A stretch of 64,000 bases of DNA from Macrostomum hystrix (Eukaryota > Animalia > Platyhelminthes), in assembly GCA_950097015.1 (NCBI GenBank), contig CATNEN010000007.1, positions 2,418,001 to 2,482,000 on the forward strand. Reading direction: 5' to 3'. Below the pieces are notes generated by a model, which did not search any database, was not told the origin of the DNA, and worked only from the letters and a program-made list of their open reading frames with translations. Of this stretch, positions 35,641 through 47,192 are shown piece after piece; the first letter of the stretch is position 1, and each line of letters starts with the position of its first letter. The position numbers were made by a program, and so were the translations under genes.

Positions 35641-37719
35641 ATTTAAATCTAATGCTAAGCCTCGCAAATTTGCAAAAATAAATAAATAAATTGTGAGATT
35701 GTAGAAATGGATTTCCAAAATGAAATCGAAATTTTATAATTCTATAGACCAATAGCTCTTTAATTTATTTTAAGTACTTTACAGTAAAACAGATACTAAG
35801 GGTCTTGACTGTGACTCTAAGTGAGTTGTTTAGTAGCATGTCTTTATGACCATTGATGATTTAAGTGAAAAATTATGGATATGTTGTTTTGAAGAGTTAT
35901 ACCCAAAGTATTATAATTTTTTCATTGAGAACAGAAAAAATTCTTGCCACAGTTTTTGCTGTTTTAGTACCATACATGCGCAACACCTGGCCGACCCAGC
36001 CAAACCGGCCGGGTGAAATGAGGGCCAAGCAAGGTAAGTTGCAAAAACCAATAGACCAAGCGCAAAAAAATCAAAGGGGGGACCAAGGGACAAAAAAGGA
36101 AGGCGTGAAGAAAAGGAAAAAGGGAAGAGAAAAAGAGAGCAAATGAGAGCAAACTAAGTCGTAAATAGAGCAATGAAATAAACTAAGTCGCAAATGAGAG
36201 CAAAAACTAAGTCGCACGGCTGGCTAAGGTTTGGGAGGTTGCGCATGTATGTTTAGTACAATGTGGTTCTGTATTAATAAGTGATTTTTTACACAAGGGC
36301 AAAGCTATCTTCATATTGATGCAGCAAAAAAGAAAAAAAAATACAGAAACTGTATTTGAGATCATTGTTACAATAGCCTACAAACATATGCTGCCTAAAG
36401 TCTTATTAGTGACAAAAAGAAAATTCCATAGCTTTGGTTTTTATTCAACCCCTTTTACTTTCATTGAGGATATTTAATTCTCAATACTTTTATTTTATTT
36501 TCAGTTTTTTCATTTAAATATAACAATAGATTATCTAAATCTGTTTTAAAAGTAAAATATATATAATCCCAACTAGCTAGCACCTTAATAGTGTTTACAG
36601 AAGGTACAAAAAATAACAATAATAGCTATTTACACGACTAATCTCAAAAAAATATTTAATTTTACTCATTACAACCAAAATAAATGAATGGTCACTTAAC
36701 TTTAATTATTTATATGCATTTATCTCTATATAAATATACACATTTTATGTGCTGTTTGTCTGTCTAGATAAGTGTCATTCAAATATCTCCTTCTAGAGTT
36801 CTGGAAACTCAATATTGAAACATGGATGGTTATAGGCTAGCTGTTTTAATTAATATTTCTAATTTTAAAATCCTTAAAAAAGTTGAAATAGGATTTTTTG
36901 TATAAAAGGCTAATATACTTCCCACTAAAATGAAATTGCTTAGACTAAATGAGTTGCAGTAAACATTTTGTACCCATACATGTAGTGTATTTTCTCTCCA
37001 GTGGAGCCTTAGTTGTGGGTTTTTTAATGGGGTGGAGGGGAGGCCATTTGCACATTATAACTGCCTCTGTGTATTGATGGGGGAGAGTGCATGAGTCAGT
37101 TGCTATTGAGGGGTCTGATAACAACTATGTACAATGGGGCAGTCTGGTGTACTCAAAATTCAGTTGATAACATTGGCAGGCCTCTTAGCTAAGGCAGAGA
37201 AGAATGTACTCATTGAGACAGCTGGATTATTGGGACAAGTAAACAGCTAAATTTCAACTGTGAATGGTGTTCTTGTTTTTCAAGATTAGGCTAGTGAACA
37301 AGTATTATATGGCTGGAAGAGCATGAAGTGCTGAATTCAGGGATATAGGGTTTTTCATTTTTCATTTTTGGGATGCTATAGTGGAATAAAGCTTGGCAAG
37401 TTTTGCTACTGTCAAAGTGTATTGGGGTTGGAGATTGTTGCTGTCATATTGGATGGTCTGATTTTATTAATGGAAATGATGGAATTAGCATAAATTGGCA
37501 TTCAAATCTAGATCCCCTCAATCTTCTCCAAAGGGGAAGCTCCACAATGTCCACTTGTATATATATTAGGCCTAGATATATTTATAAATTATAACTAATA
37601 TATTGCATTTGCATATTACTTTATATTAGCAATTCCATATATACTTCCCTTGTAACAGTTAGGCCTTTAAACAAATTAAAAATAATAGCATCTTCCATCC
37701 AATATACTAAAATTCTAAA

Positions 37720-37905
37720 TCTGCTGCTGGGGGCGGAATTAGTTCTCTGCTGCTGGGGTGCAATTAGTTTTCTGCTACTAGTGGGGAAATTAGTTCTTTG
37801 CTGCTGGGGGCATTATTTCTCTACTGCTGGGGGGGATTAGTTCTCTGCTGCTGTGGGGATTAGTTCTCTGCTGCTGTGGGGATTAGTTCTTTGCTGCTGG
37901 GGGGA
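37720..37905. repeat. Degenerate ~22-bp repeat TTAGTTCTCTGCTGCTGGGGG
   Basis: About 7 imperfect units. Confidence 0.85.
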
Positions 37906-39594
37906 CATTAAAACAAAAGGTAAAACATAATAAATGTCTAAATAATGTAAAAATATTGAAGCTGAATGATCAAGTAGAAGGACTGAATAAGTAGTCTTTA
38001 CACTCTGGTCTTGAAATGGTGTTGTTTTGATATTTGACCTGCAAACTTACGCTTTTACTTTGAATGTGTAGTACACCCCAGTTTTTCAAATATATTTGCA
38101 AATGTGCGAAAGTTAAATTAATAAAAAGCTGCAGTATTCTTTAGCAATAGATAAAAGCCTCTTTAGTTCAACAAATTATTGGCTTCTGGGATTTGAACCA
38201 AGTCCACTTGATTGCATAGAAAGTCTCTTATCTATTTTGGCCTGAATGAAGCTAGAAATCAAAAGAAAAAATGTGGTTAAAAATACTCTTTTAAAATACA
38301 AATATCGACCCTTGCTCCAATTGAACTTTGAGAGCTGTAATTGAAGTCATTTGATGCAAAATTAAAAGATGAATCCAGTGAGTTATATTTTTTAGTATTT
38401 AGATAGAAACGTTTAATTTTTATAGAAACATTCTTTTTTAAATCATTTTTACTTTTTACTTTTTTGCTTTTTACTTGTTTCTCTACACGAACGCACCCTA
38501 AAAGTAATTTACTGGAACTCAATCTGAATGCCTTCTTTGGCTTGTTTTTGGTTCTATTTTTTGTTTATGCATTCAAAGATTACAATCTCAAAAATGTATA
38601 CTGCTTTCTGAACATACTTTCCTGCACTTCCCTGGATCACATACAAAGTGTTTCAATGGATGGATTATCACCCGTATATTCCCGTTAGGTGGTATAGATC
38701 AAGGCAAAAACCGCCTAAAAGGCAGTCCATATCATGCTATAAGTCAAGATATGGTAGCATGATATAGACCGCCTTTTTAAGCGCATAAAGCCCTTTTATG
38801 GCACAAAGTTGAACAGCTGTTTCTGCTAATTTTTTAATTTACTAATGCAAAATATAGAGTTTACTACTTTTTAGTAACAATAATTTTAGTGCCATTAGAA
38901 AAATATTTGAATGGCTTAGTACAAGTGCTAATAGGTTATATTAATTTATGTAAGCCTAGGGCCTAGCTGTTTATTATTATTAATTTCCAAATCATTGAAA
39001 TATTAGAAAGTCACGTCATTATGGTATTTTACAGATTAGTCCATTAGAACTTGAGAACAATAAGACTAAACTTTAAAAGCATGACAGGAATAGGATGGCG
39101 CTCAGTTTGTAGCTAGGCCTATGCCCTAGTTTAAGATAGAAATAATCTAGTAAAGCTTAAAACCTATGTTAGCTATATATTGAGCAGGCATAATAATTAG
39201 CTATTCTAGTATACTATAGCCTAGCTACTAGCTTTAGCTAGCTAAATTGTATAACTAGTTGCTGGCATAAATAGGTGTATTGTTTGTAATTATAGGCCTA
39301 AGTTTATAATTCTAGCTATTCTACTATGTTGTGTTGTAGGTTAAAGCCAATTGTTGCTTCTTTAGTATTTAGAGGCTTTATTTGTTACTTTTAGACCTAA
39401 TATTTGACATTTAAGCTTGGGTAGTATAGGTAGCTTTTGAATAAGTTATTTTAATTGAATAAATAGTAGGTGACCTTCCCTATACCCTACTGGCCAATGG
39501 TCTTCTGCATACCTTCCAAGATTTCATTATACCCTGCTAGCCTTCACCACACCTTACTGTTCTTATCCACTCCTTTGTGGATTTTGCCACACTT

Positions 39595-39840
39595 TGATGG
39601 CCTTCTCCATACCCTACTTGCCTTCACCATACCCTACTGGCCTTCACCATACCCTACTTGCCTTCACCATACCCTACTGGCCTTCACCATACCCTACTGG
39701 CCTTCACCATACCCTACTGGCCTTCACCATACCCTACTGGCCTTCACCATACCCTACTGGCCTTCACCATACCCTACTGGCCTTCACCATACCATTCCGG
39801 CCTTCACCATACCCTACTGGCCTTCACCATACCCTACTGG
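39595..39840. repeat. 20-bp minisatellite CCTTCACCATACCCTACTGG, decaying into related units to about 40130
   Basis: About 12 clear tandem units. Confidence 0.93.
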
Positions 39841-42069
39841 CCTTCATTCCTATGTGGGCTTCCCCATATTGATGGCCTTTCCCACACCCAGGTGGACTTC
39901 CCCATACCATGCTTCCCCATATTGATGGCCTTTCCCACACCTCTGTGGCCTTCCCCACACCTTGCTGCCATATCCTAATGGCCTTCACCACACTACGCTG
40001 GCCTTCACCACACTATGCTGACCTTCCCCACACTATGCTGGCCTTTCCCACACTATGCTGGCCTTCCCGACACTACGCTGGCCTTCCCAACACTACGCTG
40101 GCCTTCCCCTCACTACACTGGCCTTTTCCACATTCTGCTACATTTTCTTTCACTTTTGTGCCTTCCTGCCCTCAGATTCTCTTCTCTACATACCCGTTGC
40201 TTGAGGCAATAGATGCTACACCCTGGTGTATCTCTGACGCTTTTCTTTTATTTTGTTAACGCAATTTTGGCTTCGACCTTCTCTATCAATATGTTTTGTT
40301 TTGATTCTTTCATTGTCTTTGAAAATTAGTAATCATCAAATGTTTATCTGATTATCCGACACTATTTGCTTATCAATTTCAGCTACATGGGAGACGAAAG
40401 CATTCTATTGCCAAGACGTCAATAAAGTATTGTACTACTGCGCGTCGTAAGCGAGCACGTATCGTTCGAACTCCATTGACATCGAAATGTTGCATCCCGT
40501 GAGTATAATGGTTCAAATGATTCACAACTTTTCTTGACTACTCTTTCTTTCTCTGCAGTGACACCCAGCCTGTATTAAACAACTCAGAAGAAGAATGGTT
40601 GGACATCCAAGACGACCCTATTGTTGCTGAAGAAGTCGAGACTCATGACAATCATGCTCAATCTAAGTCAGCAAAGCCAAGCCATTTAAAGACCTTTTGC
40701 AGCGAAGAAAGCGACATTTGGAATGAGTTATTTCAGTCAGGGGTCTTGACAGTCAGTTAAGCGGGTCACTACAACAAGCGCCCATGTGTCTTTAGCGGCT
40801 GCAAGACTGAAATATTCCAGTGCCTCAAGTGTCACTTACTATTGGTCTGCTCTACTTGCTTAGATGCCTGCCATGCCATATTGCGGAAGGTTTTCTGTGT
40901 ACGCCGGACACATTTTCATTGAATTTTCAATTGTACGCCAACGTCGCCAACAAATTTTAAATGTACGCCAACTTTCTTAGGCCTAATGTGCGCCAACAAA
41001 AACTATGTGCTAATGGCCTATCGCAAGTTTATTATGATTAAGCCACAAAAATAAAGTAAGTGAAAGAAAAAACATCCTTAAAATTACAAAGAAATAAACA
41101 CGGAGTATTATTATTATTAAGCCACAATTCAACTAATATGAAAATATGATATTTTTTAATTTAAAACTGAGATAGATAGAATTTTATTAGTATCGTTTCA
41201 AACCTTTTTGATGTAAATAAATTTTGTTAACGAATTATATTACAAAATGTATTCTATTATTATACTTGGCGCTTTTATTTTTCATATGGTAAATAGTATT
41301 TTCCTTTAAAAAAGAAATTAATTACAACATTTGTTTTACTTTTTCCCGCCACCTCAAATATTTCATATAAATAGGAGTGATTTTTATGTCATCAAAATAT
41401 ACGCTCGTCTTTGGCGATCAAACTAGAAAGCTATATTACCTAGTGTTCTCTAAAATTAAATAACTTCGTGTTGATTATTTAAGATTAGAACTGTGTTAGT
41501 TCTGGTCAACGTTACGCTGTATAATAGTATCGAGCTGTATTAGTTCTATACTATTAACAGGGAGTAAACGTATTGTTGGTCTAACTAAAGACGTATTGTC
41601 TTTATTACTTAGGTTAAATCAACGTATTGTTGATCTAAATAAGACGTATTGTCTTATTATTTAGGTTAAATCAACGTATTGTTGATCTAAATAAGACGTA
41701 TTGTCTTATTATTTAGGTTAAATCAACGTATTGTTGATCTAAATAAGATGTATTGTCTTATTAGTTAGGATATATCGACGTATTGTTGATAAAATTAAGA
41801 CGTATTGCCTTACTGTTTAGGGTGTGTTATCCTGGACAGATAAATATAGTGAGATCATACGTAGTGTATGGTCAGTCCTGATCGTGACTACCGGGCAACT
41901 TCAATCCACCGCGTAAAGCCCCGGAAGACTGGAAATAGGATTTTAGGGAGTGCCTTACCGCTCGGGCACATTCAGCTACCATAGTAACACGTCATTCACG
42001 TGATAATAATAGACAAATATTAGAAACTAGGATAAATAAAACCGCACACCCAAAACGGCTGCTACAACT

Positions 42070-42082
42070 TGGTGACAGCGGT
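42070..42082 (+). promoter_or_regulatory. Primer-binding site TGGTGACAGCGGT, tRNA-Leu-like
   Basis: Starts 3 nt after the LTR end. One mismatch to the recalled complement of the tRNA-Leu(AAG/UAG) 3' end, TGGTGGCAGCGGT. Confidence 0.7.
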
Positions 42083-42132
42083 AAAGGATTGAAATCCGGT
42101 AAAACGCACGATCAGACTGGTAACAAATCAAA

Positions 42133-43059
42133 ATGGCTGGAATCAACGACGCCATCGGTCTATTAGCCGAAGAACTGCGAAACAGATTAGAACTAGGACC
42201 ACTAAGACATGTAAAAATACAGAAATTCACACCCAGCCAAGACATAAGGATCTGGCTGACAGCTTTCGACCAAAGGTGCGACACGGAAGGAATCGATGAG
42301 GACCACCGAAAGCAAGAGTTACTGGCCAATCTAGACCTATCAACTGCTTTCGCCGCCGTCCAAAGACTGAACCTACCGGAAGAACTCACTTATGACGAGT
42401 TTAAGGAAAGTTTAATTGAGAGATTTGGAAGACTGGGAAACTCCAGCGAATTCAGGGAAGAGTTCAGAGGTCGGATGCAAGGTCGTAATGAACCTACCGA
42501 CGCGTTTGCCGACGTCCTGATTGAACTTGCAACCCGAGCCTTTCCGAATATGAATGGTGAACAGAGAGAAGAGGAGGTAGTGGAGCAATTTATCAAGGGA
42601 GTCAGAATTCCAGCGGACACCCGTGAAAAGCTGATATTTGCCCAGCCCGCCAACTTCCAGGAAGCTCGTCGTATGTTGCGCAGGATCGAAGCAGCCTGGC
42701 ATATGTCTCACAAGTCAAGCGGTGTCCGAGCTGTTAAGAATGAGGAGGATCGCCAGCTTGATAAATTTGATCTCATCATGAGAGAACAACAAATCGAGAT
42801 TGAGAGACAAAAGCAGGTTATTCAAGAGCTGAAACAGCGGATTGAAGAACAACAACAGTCACAGCCACAACCGCTGATGAGTCAGCAATTTCAGCCCAGA
42901 TATCCTGGAAACTCACAGTACCGACCCATGCAGGGACCGCATAACTATGCCAACAGCAGGGGCAGAGGTTGTGGTCAGCCTGGGCCAATGAGAGCTGGAC
43001 ATCAGTACAGTGTGAGCCGTCCACCCCAGTCCCACCGGAACCCGGCCTCGGGAAACTGA
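42133..43059 (+). CDS. gag: Retrotransposon Gag (capsid-like), 308 aa
   Basis: First ORF after the primer-binding site. Gag-like motifs WLTAFDQRC, QGRNEPTDAFADVLIELATRAFP and EQFIKG, followed by a coiled-coil, Q-rich tail. Confidence 0.9.
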   Translation: MAGINDAIGLLAEELRNRLELGPLRHVKIQKFTPSQDIRIWLTAFDQRCDTEGIDEDHRKQELLANLDLSTAFAAVQRLNLPEELTYDEFKESLIERFGRLGNSSEFREEFRGRMQGRNEPTDAFADVLIELATRAFPNMNGEQREEEVVEQFIKGVRIPADTREKLIFAQPANFQEARRMLRRIEAAWHMSHKSSGVRAVKNEEDRQLDKFDLIMREQQIEIERQKQVIQELKQRIEEQQQSQPQPLMSQQFQPRYPGNSQYRPMQGPHNYANSRGRGCGQPGPMRAGHQYSVSRPPQSHRNPASGN

Positions 43060-46000
43060 GTGCCGAGGTGCGGATGAGGCCACGCCCCTCCAGTCAAGTC
43101 CCAGCGAACGTTCAGGCCTCCCAGTTTCGAATTCCGTCCCAGTACAAATTTTGCTATCCTCGCAAAACGGTACCTGTCTGGAAGGCATGTAAAAACAATG
43201 CGATCACACATCATGTGATTCCAACATCACCAAATGCGTTTGCGTTACTAGCACCCAATGCGTCAGCACCCAATGCGTCAGCACCCAATGCGTCAGTACC
43301 CAATGCGTCAGCACCCAATGCGTCAGCACCCAATGCGTCAGTACCCAATGCGTCAGCACCCAATGCGTCAGCACCCAATGCGTCAGTACCCAATGCGTCA
43401 GCACCCAATGCGTCAGCACCCAATGCGTCAGCACCCAATGCGTCAGCACCCAATGCGTCAGCACCCATTTCTTCAGCCCCCAATGCATGCGTTTTTCCCA
43501 AGAATAAGAGAGAGCCCCGCAAAGCAAAGATGGCGGCAACAGCCAAGAAGTCTGCCCCCACAGCCAAAGTGGAGCTGACCAAGCTGAATGGCTATGAAGC
43601 AGTTATCACTGGAAGTGTCAAGAACCAGTCCGTAGACTTCCTACTAGACACTGGAGCTAGGAACAATTTCCTCAGCAAATCGACATGGTCAACAATCTTC
43701 AAACCAGACCAAATTCAAGAGACAAACAAGAGAGTGTCCACATTTGATGGTACTCAGGTACAACTAGAAGGAGAAGTAACAACTAAAATGAGATGTGGCG
43801 ACATCGAGTTGGAAGTGGAATTCTTGCTTTGTCAGCATGACTGTGACGACATTTTGGGAATGGAGTTCTTTCTTAGTCACTGTGAAAGCATCCACCTTGC
43901 TAAGGGCATGTTGGTACTGAAGAGAGGTACCTGTGTTCCTATGAAGTACACTCGCCTGCCAGTTCGAGTTTGCCGGGTATATACCCAAGAGAGAGTTGTA
44001 ATTCCGGCTAATAGTGCACTCAGAATTCCAGTGAAACTCGCCAGAAATAGTGAAGCCAACTATGGCACTCCTATGACCATCGAGACTATTGGAGATGGAG
44101 TGAGAACTAAAGAAGTAACTCTGGAAATGGCACCGACTCTGGTCACGATGCAAGAAGGTGTTGGAATCATTGAGATCGTGAATCAACATGCAGTCGATGT
44201 CACCCTGTCGAAGTCAGCACTAGTAGGACTGGCGAAACCCATGAAAGCGCAAGAACTTACTTACTGGCAGCAGTCTATAGAATCAGAAAGTCAACCTACC
44301 GGACGTGTGAATCAGACTCTAACAACAGAGGACGAGTGGATCAATGAAATAAACATTGGCCCTGAATTGAATGAAGAACAGCGGAAAGCTGTGATTGATT
44401 TAGTAAAAGAACACCGAGAAGCATTTTCACAGGATGAATTGGACATGGGTTTGACTAATCTTGTTACCCATGAGATTTTACTTAATGATAAGACGCCAGT
44501 AAGAATCCCGACTCGCCGGATTCCGCCTCATCTGCAAAAGCAAGTAGACGCGCAACTGGACGACATGTTAGCTAAAAACTTAATTAGGCCGTGTTATTCG
44601 CCATATTCAACACCTTTAGTGATCGTACCAAAGAAGGATGGGACAATTAGAATCGTGAGTGACTTCCGAGTGCTCAATTCTCGAGTCAACTACGTGCCAT
44701 ACCCGTTGCCAAACATTCAGGAAACATTCTCACATCTGACAGGCAGCGAGTACTTCAGCAGCCTGGATCTAAACTCAGGATACTGGCAGGTGCCAATCAA
44801 AGAAGAACATAAATACATGACAGTATTTTCAACACTAAATAGAGGACAATTTGAGTACGAAGTAATGGCGCAAGGGCTATCGAATGCCCCAGGGACATTT
44901 CAAAGATTAATGAATTTAGTACTATTAGGAATTCAACATAAGTTCGCTATGTCTTATATAGACGATATAATAACCTATTCCAAACAGTTTGAAGAACACC
45001 TAGAACATCTGAAAGAAGTATTCAAAAGATTAATTACAGCAGGATTAAAACTGAGGGCAAAGAAGTGCAACTTATTTCACCATGAGTTAAAGTACTTAGG
45101 GCACGTTATCGGAAGAAATGGCCTTCGTACTGATGAGGCCAAGATAGAAGCAATTAGAACATGGCCGAAGCCCAAAGATGTGAAAGAACTGCGTAGCTTT
45201 CTTGGCCTATGCAACTACTATTGCCGCTTTGTAAAGAATTACGCTGAAGCAGCTCATCCACTTTTCCAGCTGACCCGAAAAGGTGTCCAGCAATTCCAGT
45301 CTAAATGGAATGAAGTGCATGACCAAGCGTTTGAGTCTCTGAAACAACGAATGATGTCCACAGAAGTCCTAGCATACCCTGAATTTGTCGACGATGAAAA
45401 AGTAAGAATGGTCTTAGACACTGATGCCAGCGATGGACGCATTGGAGCCTGCCTTGGCCAAATCCAATCAGACGGCATAGAAAGACCAATTGCTTATTTT
45501 AGTCGTGCAATGAAAGAGTCAGAGAAACGTTACCCCATTACCCGGAAAGAACTGTTAGCCCTTGTCGATGCAATGAAGCACTTCAGGTTTTACCTGATTG
45601 GAAAACGATTTTTGGCCCGAACAGACCATAAAGCGATCCTTTGGCTATTGAAACAGACGGAAGCAACAGGGATTCTTGGTCGTTGGGTGGAGCGCCTAAG
45701 TGAATTCCAGTTCGATCTTGAACATAGAAGCGGCGCAAAGCACTCCAACGCGGACAGTCTGTCCAGAAGACCAGCTGAAACTGTGGAAATAGGCCAAGAG
45801 GAAAGTCAAGGAGAGACCCCAGCTACAACCCCACCGTCAGTCGAAAAAGAGAACCCAGCCCAAGCTGTCAAGAGTGAAAGTGTGGAACAGCCTAGCAAAG
45901 ATGGAGAGACCCAGGCTCCGCATCCCATTGCAAGGATCGAGTCAATTGTCTCCGGTGATGAAGGTGAAATGAGCGATCAGGAGGCCTCGAACGACTCATG

Positions 46001-47192
46001 TGTACTACAGCCGAGTCTGCCAAACGATCAATCAAATCACAAACCAGCCACGCCTAACTCAGAGAATTTCAAATGTGAAGCCCTATTGACCGATTTTCTA
46101 CCCGTCCCCCTGAAGCGAGAACAGATTCTGGAAGCCCAAGGAGCTGACCCAGTAATCTCTAAGCTGATTGAGTGGAAGACTGAAGGTCTGACACACCTCC
46201 CCATCACACGTAATGTGTCCCCCGAGTTAAAGAAAATGAGTAAGAAGTTCGACGCCATGAAGATTGACCGTGATATATTGCTCATCGAGGAAGATGAAAA
46301 GTGGAAAGTAGTATTGCCATCATCGCTGGATAAGCAAGTACTAAGTGATTTACACAGCAGCCCATTAGCTGGACATCTCGGAAGAGATAAGACAACCCAG
46401 AGAGTCCGTGAAAGATTCTGGAGACCAGGCTTAAGTACCGCTGTCGAAAAGTACATTGCCGAATGCATTCCGTGTCTGGAAAGCAAAACCAGCAATTACA
46501 TCCAGGCACCGATTCAATCTTTTCCCATCAGCGAGCCCTTCTATCGCTGCCATATAGACATTATTGGTCCTTTGTCAAAAGAAAGTAAAAGAGGACATAA
46601 GTATGTACTGACTGTGGTAGACAGTACAACACGTTACCCCTTTGCTTTTCCGATCAGGAATCAGAAATCGGACACCGTAATCAAAATATTGCAAGAACGA
46701 ATATTCTCCGAGTATGGCCAATGCCATTGGATACATACTGATAACGGAAAGACTTTTACCAGCAAACAATTCAAGGCATTCTGCAACCTTTACAACTTGA
46801 AACACACATGCACCACGCCGTATCATGCGCAGAGCAATGGTCTTGTGGAAAGGTTTAATAAGCAGATCAAGTCCATTATTACTTGTTTGATCGAGAAAGA
46901 TCACAGTAACTGGGATTTGATGATTCCTGCCGCCCTAGTTGCTGTCCGCACTAGCATTAACAAAACAACTGGTTTTACACCCCACTTCCTGTTGTTTGGC
47001 AGAGAAGCTGTAATGCCGTTAGACAGCCAAATCAAAGAAGCAGTCGAACATGCCGATTATCCATCGTACATTGCCAAACATGCTGAAAGGTTAGTCGAAG
47101 CTCAGGAGATTGTGAAAAGAAAACTAGAGGGAGTAGTCAGCAAAAGGCAGATAGCAGCCGAAGTTATCTGCTGCTATTGTCTTATTAGTTAG
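42969..47192 (+). CDS. pol: Pol polyprotein: aspartic protease, reverse transcriptase, RNase H, integrase (C-terminus truncated)
   Basis: FLLDTGA; YIDD; DTDAS; H-x6-H...CxxC (HSSPLAGH...CIPC) and a D-D-E core (HIDIIG, TDNG, LVERFN). The ORF runs into the second LTR. The translated part probably starts at the 43050 frameshift. Confidence 0.95.
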   Translation: MWSAWANESWTSVQCEPSTPVPPEPGLGKLSAEVRMRPRPSSQVPANVQASQFRIPSQYKFCYPRKTVPVWKACKNNAITHHVIPTSPNAFALLAPNASAPNASAPNASVPNASAPNASAPNASVPNASAPNASAPNASVPNASAPNASAPNASAPNASAPNASAPISSAPNACVFPKNKREPRKAKMAATAKKSAPTAKVELTKLNGYEAVITGSVKNQSVDFLLDTGARNNFLSKSTWSTIFKPDQIQETNKRVSTFDGTQVQLEGEVTTKMRCGDIELEVEFLLCQHDCDDILGMEFFLSHCESIHLAKGMLVLKRGTCVPMKYTRLPVRVCRVYTQERVVIPANSALRIPVKLARNSEANYGTPMTIETIGDGVRTKEVTLEMAPTLVTMQEGVGIIEIVNQHAVDVTLSKSALVGLAKPMKAQELTYWQQSIESESQPTGRVNQTLTTEDEWINEINIGPELNEEQRKAVIDLVKEHREAFSQDELDMGLTNLVTHEILLNDKTPVRIPTRRIPPHLQKQVDAQLDDMLAKNLIRPCYSPYSTPLVIVPKKDGTIRIVSDFRVLNSRVNYVPYPLPNIQETFSHLTGSEYFSSLDLNSGYWQVPIKEEHKYMTVFSTLNRGQFEYEVMAQGLSNAPGTFQRLMNLVLLGIQHKFAMSYIDDIITYSKQFEEHLEHLKEVFKRLITAGLKLRAKKCNLFHHELKYLGHVIGRNGLRTDEAKIEAIRTWPKPKDVKELRSFLGLCNYYCRFVKNYAEAAHPLFQLTRKGVQQFQSKWNEVHDQAFESLKQRMMSTEVLAYPEFVDDEKVRMVLDTDASDGRIGACLGQIQSDGIERPIAYFSRAMKESEKRYPITRKELLALVDAMKHFRFYLIGKRFLARTDHKAILWLLKQTEATGILGRWVERLSEFQFDLEHRSGAKHSNADSLSRRPAETVEIGQEESQGETPATTPPSVEKENPAQAVKSESVEQPSKDGETQAPHPIARIESIVSGDEGEMSDQEASNDSCVLQPSLPNDQSNHKPATPNSENFKCEALLTDFLPVPLKREQILEAQGADPVISKLIEWKTEGLTHLPITRNVSPELKKMSKKFDAMKIDRDILLIEEDEKWKVVLPSSLDKQVLSDLHSSPLAGHLGRDKTTQRVRERFWRPGLSTAVEKYIAECIPCLESKTSNYIQAPIQSFPISEPFYRCHIDIIGPLSKESKRGHKYVLTVVDSTTRYPFAFPIRNQKSDTVIKILQERIFSEYGQCHWIHTDNGKTFTSKQFKAFCNLYNLKHTCTTPYHAQSNGLVERFNKQIKSIITCLIEKDHSNWDLMIPAALVAVRTSINKTTGFTPHFLLFGREAVMPLDSQIKEAVEHADYPSYIAKHAERLVEAQEIVKRKLEGVVSKRQIAAEVICCYCLIS
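43050..43056 (+). promoter_or_regulatory. -1 ribosomal frameshift slippery heptamer G GGA AAC
   Basis: Canonical X XXY YYZ phasing in the gag frame, immediately before the gag TGA. Pol is in the -1 frame. Confidence 0.8.

Noticed and set aside
36140-36220. Three ACTAAGTCG motifs suggesting a transposon subterminal region
   Set aside because: No partner end or TIR is identifiable in the window.
41488-41500. GAAC|TG as the true 5' LTR start
   Set aside because: The 4-bp flank mismatches the right flank AAAC, and the truncated 3' LTR cannot confirm it.
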